From contig NC_043012.1 of NCBI RefSeq assembly GCF_006345805.1, positions 46,438,001-46,502,000 on the forward strand: 64,000 bases of DNA. Direction: 5' to 3'. The position numbers and the translations under genes are program-made. A model generated the notes under the pieces. The model saw only the letters and a list, made by a program, of their open reading frames with translations. It searched no databases and had not been told where the DNA came from. This document shows positions 53,041 to 64,000 of this stretch, one piece after another. This DNA comes from Octopus sinensis. Taxonomy: Eukaryota. How positions within the stretch are numbered: position 1 is the first letter of the stretch; each line of letters begins with the position of its first letter.

Positions 53041-53235
53041 CTTCTTCTTCTCCTTCTTCTTCATCTTCTTCATCTTCTTCTCCTTCTTCTTCATCTTCTT
53101 CATCTTCTTCTCCTTCTTCTTCATCTTCTTCATCTTCTTCTCCTTCTTCTTCATCTTCTTCATCTTCTTCTTCTTCTTCTTCTTCTTCTTCTTCTTCTTC
53201 TTCTTCTTCTTCTTCTTCTTCTTCTTCTTCTTCGT
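53041..53235. repeat. (CTT)-based microsatellite with a 30-bp higher-order period, then pure (CTT)n
   Basis: A 30-bp period (catcttcttctccttcttcttcatcttctt) recurs about four times. Confidence 0.95.
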
Positions 53236-53281
53236 CATAACAACATCAACAACAACAACAACAAAAATTATCATTATTATT

Positions 53282-53492
53282 AAAGCGGTGAGCTGGCATA
53301 ATCGTTAGCACGCCGGGCGATATGCTGAGCGGCATTTCGTTTGTCGTCATGTTCTGAGTTCAAATTCCGCCGATATCAACTTTGTCTTTCTTTGGAGGTC
53401 GATAAATTAAGTACTAATGAAATAGTGAGGTCCATATTATCGACTAGTCCCCTACCACAAAATTTCAGGTCCTGTGCTTATGATAGAAAGGG
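53282..53492 (+). mobile_element. Nin/Deu-core SINE, tail type B, within (ATT)n
   Basis: gcggtgagctggc..gagttcaaattccgcc..ggtcgataaattaagtac..aaaatttcagg..gatagaaagg then (ATT)n. Confidence 0.85.
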
Positions 53493-53493
53493 C

Positions 53494-53605
<112 letters not shown>

Positions 53606-53740
53606 GAGTGAGGGAGCAGTGCATGTCATCAAAGTGACACTGGGGTAAAATATAAAATGCCCAGTATACCCATCATGACTACCTGTATGATAAGGGCACA
53701 CCAGGCACATGCATCACATCCACATGCGCATGTCATGGTG
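53606..53740 (-). mobile_element. Truncated copy of the TAA-abutting non-coding element
   Basis: Similar to the first ~135 bp of 61101-61654; both abut (ATT)n at gagtgag. Confidence 0.8.
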
Positions 53741-56300
53741 CCTCTTCGGGGGCTCCAATCCGAAGATGTACTGACAGAGATAATTTCCGACATTCAGCAT
53801 ATCTCAAAACCAAAACAGGTTGCGGGCATTTCAATGTCCTTCAAGACTGAAACTCCGGTTGCCAGGTACTCTGCTATTCTTTGTCGGCGCAAAAAACGTG
53901 CTCCACTCGTATCTAGAAAGAAGGACTGCGGTAAACAGCCCAGGAATTCTACCTGAGGTGACCATATGGTGGATATTAGCGTGTATCACTTTGGAAGAAA
54001 ATAATGGCCTTCTGGAGTTGAAGCGGACCCATCTGGGATTTATGTACGTCTGTTGTTGCTACTCCATGTTAAACCGGATACGATCCAGAAAATCCAAAAC
54101 CTCATTCACTTTCAGGAGACGAAGAGCGACACGGTTGGTGGTAGAAACCTCAGTGCCTCATGTTTAAAGTGTCATGTCACTTGAGAAATTTCTTGCTCCA
54201 ACTGAAGACAAAGAACCCATAAAGTAACCAAATGCCTCAACTAAACAAGCAACTATCAACAACAAAAGTGATACCAACCCCGGCAACAAAGGCATCATCA
54301 ACAATGGTTACAGTAAAATCAGAAAACGCTGGAAGAACATCAACAACATCAGAAATGGTAGTAATAACTGACACACACAACTCTAGGAGCCCTCCCAGTG
54401 AGGCTCTTCCATTCCCATCCTCTTCCTTTTCGTCGAAACTCAAATACAATATACACTCAAACCCCGATTCCACAGACACGCATACATCTGCATCACGCAG
54501 TGAAAATAAGTGAGAACTAAATAACCCAAATGAGCCAAAAATAACACGCAATAAAACATCATGCCCCACAGCAACACACACTCCAAAAACATAATGGAAA
54601 CAACCCCGACAGCAACAACCAACAACACAAGCAAAAGGTTTCGTGCTTGTGAGATGGGCCAACAAAGAATTGATAGTTTTCATGGCATGAAGGAAGGACA
54701 TCGAGAGAGGGTGTGATCACCAGCACCCGCACCGTTCAAGTGCCAGAAATACTGATAATGATGCGAATGACTCTGGAAGTATACAAAAATCTTACAGGAA
54801 GCTTCCTTCATGACTTTGCAACAGCTAATGTAAAAACCACGAGTAGTCTTTGATTGTGGTTCCCGAACGAAACCCAAGACGTTACGGTACTTGCGGAGTA
54901 AGTAGTGTCCTTTGTTCCTTTTTCCGATTCTGTCCCGCCATCATGACGAATTTCAAGGTGTTGTCCTGGAAGTAAGGTTACTCGCTTAAACGACCTCATG
55001 TCGCTAACTATGAAGGTGACGGCCGTCAGAGAAACCAGGATTTAGGACACACAAGATCTAGTCCCTATTTTCGGTGCTTTTGAGATTTCTGCACCTCTTA
55101 GTCGGCCTGGAAGGAAGGTTGGTGCTGCTTAGGAAAAGCCTGGATCAAGGGGTAGACAACCTTCTTGACCCCGACTGTTAATTTGGTGGTCCTGGATGTG
55201 AGCAATAGTGAATGTGGTGCTTCTACACTAGTCACTGTTTAAGTCCTGTAACCAGATTTCTTCAGACGTTTGGAGGTTTTCCTTTCAATGTCTCCCTCTT
55301 TAGTTGTAGTAAGCGATTGGAATGTCATCTTGCTCGCCAGATTGAATAGGGTGGGTTAACTGATAGAAGAGGGGAGTGTAAAAGCTTCAAAAGCCTGCTC
55401 ACTCAGTTCCAATTGACTGACAGGACCTACTCACTTTCCTTAATGCACGTGGACAAACAGCATCGGGTCTTCCAGGATGTATGTAGACCTGTAAATAGAA
55501 ATATCATAAGTTATCCACATTTGAAAGTCGTCGGTTATGCAGACCAAAAACTTGTGCTTTGTGCGATCGATATAGATAGGATCCATAGGCAACGCCCCGG
55601 ATACTGGAAGAAGAACGCGTCTTCCCCGACGTGTCATGCATTCAGAGACCGGGTTAGCACATGTGTGCATCGGGAGTTGTCGGGGGCAATCGACGACAAC
55701 TGATGGAGATAAGTCTGAAAACTGCTATTAGGGTAGATTTGGCAGGATTCAGTAAAGAAATAATGTTAGAGGAATATAAGGGAGAGGGAAGCCTAGCCAG
55801 ATAGCTAGAAGTGGCGCTTAATGTGCATTGTGACCGACATAATGGCGGTGAGATTAGATATTCATCAATTCTTTAATGCCAAACTCGAAGGTTGCGTTGT
55901 CAGAGCTGGCGCGCCTGTTCTAGGACACAACGGTGTAAAAGCCGTTCGATGTGCCCGGGCCGCAGAGACGGAACCTGGCTACAATGCCACAATTCGCTGA
56001 GGGGCAGTGATGAGCTGGGTTGCCAATCTCACCCACAAATAGGCAGAGAAAAATCTGTCCTTGAAAGGATAAGCGGAGTTAGTGATTGCGTAAAACGCAT
56101 CTGTCATCTACTACCACCTGCCTATCGTCCTTTGCTCAGCTCCGTGGAGGATTAAGCTGGCGCTCTTGCTCCTCCATGTTTTGGGGAAAAGACGTGTTCC
56201 GCTCATCAGACAGTCTATCTGAACTCAGCAGCCGATGAGTGGACTAGGCATGCTGTGGCTAAAGCTGCGCAGATTTGTACTGAAGCTCCAACATCCCAAG
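53741..56300 (+). mobile_element. Decayed Tx1/L1-like LINE 5' half (ORF1 remnant, APE endonuclease, linker)
   Basis: KPQC....CHLR knuckle remnant about 54140; AVRETRI about 55030; VVGYADQKLV..RPGYWKKN about 55520-55610; FFNAKLEGCVVRA about 55870. Confidence 0.7.
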
Positions 56301-56799
56301 CGTTCCCCTAACTTTGAATAGGTTTTGTAATATTTTATTGAAATCGTGAAATAGTTCTTTTTCTGATAAACACTACATATTTTCGCTACGTAGTCATTGG
56401 TTATATGAAATAAAGAAAACAAGGTGAAATAGTCGTAATAAATTTGGTGGAAGGTGGCAATGCGAAGATTGTTTAGATGTCTTAATATTGGTATTCTAAC
56501 GAGTTATACTCATCTATTCTGAAGATAAGTTATGTTCTCTACGCCAGATGTTTTCAGATGAATGCATATGGCCATTTCTTCACGCTTATTTTGAATTTTA
56601 GGAACATGATATTTCTTGCAAATATGGCATCGACATAAGCTACTAACACGTATGATTCGTAGATAACGTCAAGGTCATCGTAGATCAGCTGCATACCATA
56701 CTTACAGAGCGGCATGCCCAAAATTCAGCAATATGCTTTAGAATATACCGTACGAAATGAAAATACAAGCCGTCTTAAATTACAGCACGCGATTGAAGA

Positions 56800-56975
56800 A
56801 TGATTTCAAACTATGGCACAAAGCTATCAAGTTCGGTGGGGAGTGTAACTGGATTAGGTCAACCTCAGTGTTCAACTGGTAATTTTTTATCGACCTCGAA
56901 AGGACGAAAGGCAAAGTTGACCGCGGCAGAATTTGAACTCAGGACGTAAAGACAGACGAAATGTCATTAAGCATT
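56800..56975 (-). mobile_element. Nin/Deu-core SINE, head truncated
   Basis: ttatcgacctcgaaaggacgaaaggcaaagttgaccgcggcagaatttgaactcag. Confidence 0.8.
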
Positions 56976-57069
56976 ATATATGTGTGTATGTTAAGCATTA
57001 TATATGTGTGTATGTGCGTGTTTACTTGAATATACGTGTATATCGGTATATGTAGAATCATGTCATATT

Positions 57070-57284
57070 GTCGTGAGCTGGCAGAATCATTAGTACGCCA
57101 GGCGAAAATGCTTAGCGGCATTTCGTCCCTTCTTATGTTCTACGTTCAAATTCCGTCGAGGTCTACTTTGCCTTTCATCCTTTCAGGATCGATAAGATAA
57201 GTAAGCACCAGTTGAAGACTTGGATCAAGGTAATCGGCTGATCCCCTCCTTCGACATTGCTGGCCTTGTGCCAAAAGCTCAAAC
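57070..57284 (+). mobile_element. Nin/Deu-core SINE, tail type C, followed by (AAT)n
   Basis: gagctggcagaatc..gttcaaattcc..gcctttcatcctttc..attgctggccttgtgccaaaa. Confidence 0.85.
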
Positions 57285-57295
57285 TAAATATAATG

Positions 57296-57381
<86 letters not shown>

Positions 57382-57429
57382 TATAGTGAAGATAAAAAAA
57401 CAGGATAAATAATCAAACACTTATCTTAA

Positions 57430-57906
57430 GCAACAGGTAACCACACAATCCAAAGAAACTATAACAAAGCCAAAATTCAACATGAACAAACAAGATAAAA
57501 CATTCACAATATCCAAGTGCAATGATAACTGATGTGGAACGTGTTAATAGATGCATAATGGTAGAACAAAAAATGGACAGATTTCCCCAATTGCAGATAT
57601 GAACTGCGACAGCAGAAATTTGATCTACTGCTTTAAATGCTCGAATTTCATGAAACTATATATTGGCGAGACAGGAAGGCATCATCGGAACACTTACGCG
57701 TCGACAGACAACAATTCCGGAACACTAGTGTCCTCCAAATTCCATTGAGCGAACATATAGAAACATGTGGTCAGAAAAAAATTCTAATTTTTCCTTTCCA
57801 TAAACTACATGAAACAAGTGAAGTTGGAAGAAAGATAAATGAAAAACTGTTTATTGAAAAGTTGAAACTTGTTAAAAACGGATATAGCAACAATAATACC
57901 AGTTAA
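57430..57906 (+). mobile_element. Penelope-like GIY-YIG fragment, frameshifted
   Basis: KC..N*CGTC, MNCDSRNLIYCFKCSN..LYIGETGR, RKINEKLFIEKL. Confidence 0.75.
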
Positions 57907-58407
57907 TCATGTGGATTAAAAATAACTTTAACATACGAATATAAACAAATTAGAGAAAACTCCCACCGGTTGAAATAAAAACGATCGAAACCAACAAAGT
58001 TTGCTCACTCATGAAAGCATTAAATGTAAACCGTAAGCTAATTGGTTAAAATAAAGGCGGGATGTATGTCAATAATATCAGTGCGTCCGGCAAACTGTGA
58101 CATTTAAGCTGCATGCGGATTGATAAAAAAAATTCAGCTTGTTGGAGCCTTTTAAGAGGGAAAAATAAAAGGAAGAAATCAGTCATTTTATACAGTTATC
58201 AAGAACTCAACTGTCAGTTAGATACATTTTGAAATCTGATGATTACTACGAACGTATGGAAGCGCAATTTGAATTTAGTGGTTAACACACTTCAACATTA
58301 ATTTTTTTTTTGTATACCATAATAAAAAAAACGTGAAAACCTGAGCATGTTTTAAATTTATTCAACTGATATATTATTCTGCACACAATTACACAAACTC
58401 GAAATGC

Positions 58408-58409
58408 AT

Positions 58410-58500
<91 letters not shown>

Positions 58501-58530
58501 TAGATATATAGATAGATATAGATATAGATT
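58408..58530. repeat. (GATA)n microsatellite
   Basis: Direct reading. Confidence 0.97.
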
Positions 58531-58797
58531 AGTATAACAACTGAGATAATAACATACGTCTACTTTGACTATTTGGTTGTAATATGCATGTTTTCTATCA
58601 AAAATAGTTTTCTTAAATGGCAAGGTAGAACATTACAATGCATTAATGATATGATTAGAATATAATTATAGCGCAAATTAGTTACCGAATTCCTCTTCAC
58701 ACAATCAATAAAGAAAAAGAAGCTTCTGACTTGAAATATTCTTGCAATGTACTCGGCTTCTGTATTTCTATGACACTAATATTTTTTGTAAAATAGA

Positions 58798-58960
58798 CAA
58801 GGCGGCGAGGTAGGCGGGAAAATTGCTTAGTGGCATTTCGCACGCCTGTACGTTCTGAGTTCAAATTCCACCTTTATCCCATCGGCGGCGATTAAATGGG
58901 GTAGCAGCTGAACACTAGGGTTAATGTAATCCATTTACCCGCTTCCCGAAATTACTTTAA
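58798..58960 (+). mobile_element. Decayed Nin/Deu-core SINE
   Basis: aggcggcgag..gcttagtggcatttcg..gttctgagttcaaattcc. Confidence 0.6.
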
Positions 58961-59300
58961 TTTTAAACGAATGTTTTATAGAATACGTGCTTGTGTTCAA
59001 TACGAAATTCCATTAAAAGTCTACGATGTCTCTGTTATGTACATAATGTGTGAGTATGTGTTTAGTGCCCGATGAAAAGTGACGTTATTTTAACCCTGAA
59101 GTAAAATATGTACGTTATTGCATTACGTACGCGATGAGATTCACGTACGTAAAAAGCAGTTGCGGTATAACATACATCGAATATACTCGAGCAAAATCTA
59201 CTCAAAATTTAAAGGGTTTAAAAGATATTTGCTTTCTTATTTTAAAGCAATATGGTGCGAATTTGTGACTGGTTTAACTGTTATTTCTAATATTTACAGC

Positions 59301-59698
59301 TAATGATCATTTCTACTATAGGCACAAGGCCTGAAATTTTGGGGTAGAGTGTCACTCGATTATATCGACCTCAGTACGCAACTGGTACTTAATTTGTCGT
59401 CCTCTAAGGATGAAAGGAAAAGTCGACCTCAGCGGAATTGGAACTAAGAACGTAAGGACAGACGAAATACCTATTTCTTTACTACTCACAAGGAGCTAAA
59501 CACAGAGGAGACAAACAAGGACAGACAGACGAATTATGTCGATTATATTGACCCCAGTGCGTAACTGGTACTTAATTTGTCGACCCCGAAAGGATGAAAG
59601 GCAAAGTCGACCTCGGCGGAATTTGAATTCAGAACGTAACGTCAGACGAAATACCGCTGAATATTTCGCCCGGCATGTTAACAATTCTGCCAGCTCGC
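59301..59698 (-). mobile_element. Dimeric SINE: full monomer with tail A (59472-59698) fused to a head-truncated monomer with tail B (59301-59471)
   Basis: Two cores (ctggtacttaatttgtcg..aaggatgaaagg..aaagtcgacctc) 180 bp apart; minus-strand junction aaagaaata|ggtatttcgtc. Confidence 0.8.
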
Positions 59699-61100
59699 AA
59701 CCATAATTAGAGCAAATAATGAGAGGCTCCTATAATTGATTATCAAACTTGTTCGGTGGAAATCAGTCCATTTAAACACAAAAATAATTGTTTAGATAAA
59801 GATTTTGACAATGATAGGTTAAAAGTGCAAAACTCGGGATACATTTATAGTAGCGACAAGAGAATGTTGATTTGCATTAAATGCACAAAATTTAGAGAAC
59901 TTTTGCACTACTAATTGAATAAAATGTTTCAACTTATGAAAATTGTTCTTCAAGCTGACTAACTATGTTTCGGTGACTTATCAAAGTGGATATTTTAAAA
60001 AGAGAAACGATATATCTGCAAATATAATTGTGAAACTATAATTTACAAATAATAAGATTATAGAAATTTTAGAAGAATTGTACGAGGTACTAAGATCCTT
60101 GCTATGATAATAGAGAAAAATTGAAAATGTATTAACTATGTAGATTTAGTGTACCTATTTGCATTCTATGACAAAACGGATATCTCAAGAAACGGCGTGA
60201 TGCTTTTGAAGCTAACTATTTGCCATGAATTAGTTTCAAATATTTATGTATCAGACTGATCGCTAAAAAAATAAAAGTTACTTCGAAACGTACAGCTTTA
60301 AATGACGTCGATCTCTACAAATAATATGTAGGAAGATGTTTCATCTATTCGTAGTTTATTTCACATCGTATTAGTTTAACAAAGAAACTGAAATTTATGA
60401 TTATTTTATGTTTTTATGTATGTATGTATTTATCTATCTATCTATGTGTCTGTCTATATATCTACCTCATTCTCTATCTATGTATATATCTATATATTTA
60501 TCTATGTATGTATATGTTTGTGTAAATACGTGTGTATATGTATATGTGCATACACACTTACATATATACACGCATACATTGATAAACAAACACATATAAA
60601 TATATACGCATACGTATGAAGTGTATATCACTTATATTAATAAAACTGCCTTTGTTATGAAATATGTTCTCTACTTTTCTTACTTGACTCATTGATCTTC
60701 ATATTATTATCTGTAAAATAAGCAAAGAATTAAAAAAAATCGTACGTGGAAATTAACACATATATGTGTTATTAACAGAAATGTTGTCGTGCGTACATTG
60801 TATTAATGAGAAGTTCAAGCGATTACTTTCAGGATATAGGACATGATTTGGGAAATAACAAAATTATGATTCTGTATTAAATTTTCTGCATTAAATTTGG
60901 TGAGCTCGTTAAATGCTAAAGCCCAATGTGCTTTTCATCAACATAGAGAAGACATTAACTGTTGCTTTGTCGCTAATTCTTTAAAGGCAGCAGGAAAAAT
61001 ACTTCTTCTTCTTCTTCTTCTTATTCTTCTTCTTATTATTATTATTATTATCATCATTATTATTATTATTATCATCATTATTATTATTATTATTATTATT

Positions 61101-61654
61101 GAGTGAGAGAGCAGTTCATGCCATCAAAGTGACACTGGGGTAAAATATACGAAGCCCAATATACCCATCATGACTACCTGTCTGATAAAGGTACACCAAG
61201 CACATGCATCACAACCATATGTGCGCGACATGGTAATCTCATATCAAGATAAACAGCACATGACCTTGCAGGTGGGGCCCAGTTAGAATTTTCTTCGGGT
61301 TGAGTAGCCCATCTCGCTCAAATGGTCCCTTAATAAGGGTTGTTTAAGGATGTTGAAAGAACCACCCATGTTTCCAGAGGTGAACTATTCAAACCCCAAA
61401 GAATCCCTCTCAACACATGGCTATGATGCTCCCCCACTACTTCTGCTCGTGATCAGAGATGCACATATCGTCAGCCACTAAGGGACATGCTCAACTGGTT
61501 AAGGTCAAACAACTGACAAGCAAATCTGTGGTATTGAGCAGAATATTTGCTGTAGCCCATCTTTTATACCAAGACAAAACAATGTACATGATAACACTTC
61601 CAATCAGTTAAGATCAGAAGCCATGAGAGCCACTGCCTGGTACTGCATCAGGGC
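61101..61654 (-). mobile_element. ~550-bp non-coding element whose minus-strand 3' end abuts (TAA)n; probable non-LTR 3' UTR or non-autonomous derivative
   Basis: Second copy at 53606; same junction type as the R4/Dong element; no ORF. Confidence 0.65.
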
Positions 61655-61659
61655 TATTA

Positions 61660-63119
61660 TCACTTGGTCACCTTCGGAATCGTTTTGTATCGCACGTTCG
61701 GTCCGCCATGGATGCTCACTCTCACCCATTCTCTACGTGCTGGCACTCGAGTTATTACTGCGGAACCTGGAGGTTTTGAGAGGCATCCTGCGTGAACTGG
61801 GATGTCAGCGTTTACGGATGACATCACTGTGATAGTGTCGGACATCTCGGAAATTGAGATGGTCAACACTATTCTAAGGGAATACCTAACGGTGACAGGA
61901 GCAATGATCAACCAGAAGAAGTCAGTGGGCTTGCAGCTCGGTACCTTGAGAGGTAGACCTATGTCAGCCGACAGTATTGTGGGGTGCTGGGCGGAAGGAC
62001 CTGTTAAGTTGCTCGGGGTTTGGTTCGGTCCGGATCTCCAAGTGGACAACAACTGGGATGAGGTGATAGATGGGGTGGCCAGTGTCACCAGAAATAGGCC
62101 GAGAGGAGGTTATCCCTGAAAGGTCGGTAAGAGATGGCGATGTGTAAATCGCATCCGTCATATATTATCGCCTGACTGTCGTCCCTTACCCCGATTAGTG
62201 GCTGAATGGGCTGGTGCGTTTGCTCTTCTGCTTCCTATGGAAGGGACAGGTACCGCTTGTCATATGGCCCATTTGATGCCGTAGCTGAGGATGTGCATTT
62301 ATGCGCTGAGGTTGTGACATCTCCAGCGATACCTTAACGGTGAGCAGGTGTGGTCACTGTTGAACGCGCTTCTCCGGAGATCATCTCTTTGACGGAGCTA
62401 CAATCCTGTATCGGGCGCTTGACACCTAGAGTGCATCCAAGTGCTTATAACCCTCGGCCAGTCGGGCAATGCGGTAAGTGAAAGTTCTACCTTGGAGTTC
62501 TATAGGAGATTAGTGGAGGGCTAGACTGATGACGTACTTGGAGAGGTGCTGGGCGTCGAGGGGGATCAACTGGTTGGTCTCTTGTGGAGGTCTTTCGGGA
62601 CCGAGATCTACGGACAACTTCCAGAAAGCCCTGGCCTGGCTTGCTTCCGAGGGATGCTGCCGGTTCGAGATAAGCTCTTACAGGTAGGGGTTTGCAGTCA
62701 GTCGGGCTTGTCCGAGATGCATGCGGAGTGATGAAACAGTTCTGCATGCTCTTGTACAGTAGCCGCACATTGATGAATTCTGGGGCTTTGTCGAACAGTT
62801 ATTGTCACGTGTATATTGATCCGGCTATCGTCCGCGTCCATTGTGAAAATCGCCCTGCCTCCTTCCTTTAGCAGTGTCGGAGGACATTTTTTCTCTGTCT
62901 GGTGGTTATGGCAAAAGCGGTTGTGGACGCGACTGAAAGGCTTCAATAAGGGTTTCTTTCCTCTTTGACCAATGCCTCATTGAATTTTTCAGGTTCCACC
63001 TGAAAAGGTAAGTGAGGTTGGTGAGGGAGCTACTGTCACCCAATAAATTCGTTGAAAGGTGGGTAAATGTGGCAACAATGGTCCGCGTGCATGGGTCTGC
63101 TCTAAGTGTGCACCTGTAG
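61660..63119 (+). mobile_element. Decayed Tx1/L1-like ORF2 (RT domain to C-terminus)
   Basis: RSVRHGCSLSPILYVLALE, SAFTDDITVIV, GAMINQKKS, VKLLGVWFG, LPVRDKL, terminal ..SALSVHL* at 63119. Confidence 0.85.
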
Positions 63120-63389
63120 AACAGATGGAAGGGAGACTAGAATGTACCTTCCTGAGGGCCCCTTCGTGTTAAAGGGTCCAAAATGCGTGACGTCTCTTTG
63201 GTTATTTTGTAATAGATTCTAGTTGTATAAGGCCTCTACCACCTTTGATACGTTGTATATACAGCCTTTCTATGTCAGATTTTGGGTGGTGCATCCTAAA
63301 TACTGTCATTAATATTCTTGTTTTCCTCTCTATTTTGATTACTTCATTTCGATTTCAGTTAAGAATATTCTAGCTATAACTAGCTGTAA

Positions 63390-64000
63390 TAGGGGATGCA
63401 GCATCAACCATATAAGATATATGGTGCACCTTGTTCACGAACAGTTGGTCCGGTCTGTTATGCTTCATCACCTGATCTGTTTAGATTGGGAAATCCTACA
63501 GGATTTTGTTAGTCTCCGACTCCGTCACTCTTTGCAGTTTGTTCTCACGCAACATAATGACTGTCACGAGCCCCCACCTTTCGCATAGTTTCCAATGTAG
63601 CACTTTTGCTACCTCGTCGTGTCGCCATAACATGTAGTGGTTTTGTGCACGTTTAGGGCATTCGTTTGTGATATGGACAATGGTTTTATCAACTCTATTG
63701 CAGATGCGACACAGCGGAGATAATTCTTCATTCCTGAGGTTGACCATCTAGTTCGTGGCCAAAGTTTGGTTTTGGGCTGCAATGGCTACCTGGAATCGAT
63801 TGTGAAGTCTCTTGCGCTGTTCTTCTTCATGTCCGTTTTGTACTTATTCCTTTGTTTACTCCTTTTCTCTGCTCTCAATACCCTCTCGTTCCTGACTCTC
63901 GAGTTCGAAACGCACTCATTCTTCTACACTTATCAGTCCCCTTCTTCCATTTGCTCTGTTCCTGAATAGGCGATCAGTATCTGAACGTGGATGATGGTCT
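63390..64000 (-). mobile_element. Second, diverged R4/Dong-like element fragment (runs off the window)
   Basis: HHPRSDTDRL..GRRGLI, IAAQNQTL, CRICNRVDKTIVHITNEC, IL*DFPI*TD..HNRPD, collinear with 2313-3100. Confidence 0.8.

Noticed and set aside
53023-53308. Poly-K, poly-F and poly-L ORFs
   Set aside because: They derive from the CTT microsatellite.
57950-58010. Hammerhead after the 57430 GIY-YIG fragment (cgatcgaaacc)
   Set aside because: No CUGANGA upstream.

Overview
AT-rich eukaryotic DNA dense in microsatellites and transposon remnants. The repeat families (tRNA-derived SINEs with a Nin/Deu-like core, TA-embedded palindromes) resemble those I recognise from octopus/cephalopod genomes; this taxonomy is inference, not a search result. 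No intact host gene could be identified; only a few orphan exon-like segments were seen. Recognisable content: two R4/Dong-clade non-LTR retrotransposons (1-3485, abutting (TAA)n; 63390-64000), three Tx1/L1-like segments, a CR1/L2 3' end, five Penelope-like (GIY-YIG/RT) fragments, about 16 SINE copies, several long imperfect palindromes and a 1.41-kb tandem duplication. Two features stand out. (1) An RT-less Penelope derivative at 17646-19760 is flanked by ~180-bp inverted repeats; one carries a canonical type I hammerhead ribozyme and the other a core-mutated copy. (2) A fold-back array of ~560-bp units at 32215-35562 carries a hammerhead-like motif with a palindromic stem III in each of six units, suggesting a retrozyme/pLTR-like array that could yield unit-length (circular) RNAs. 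Related hammerhead-like cores recur in several TA-embedded palindromic repeats.
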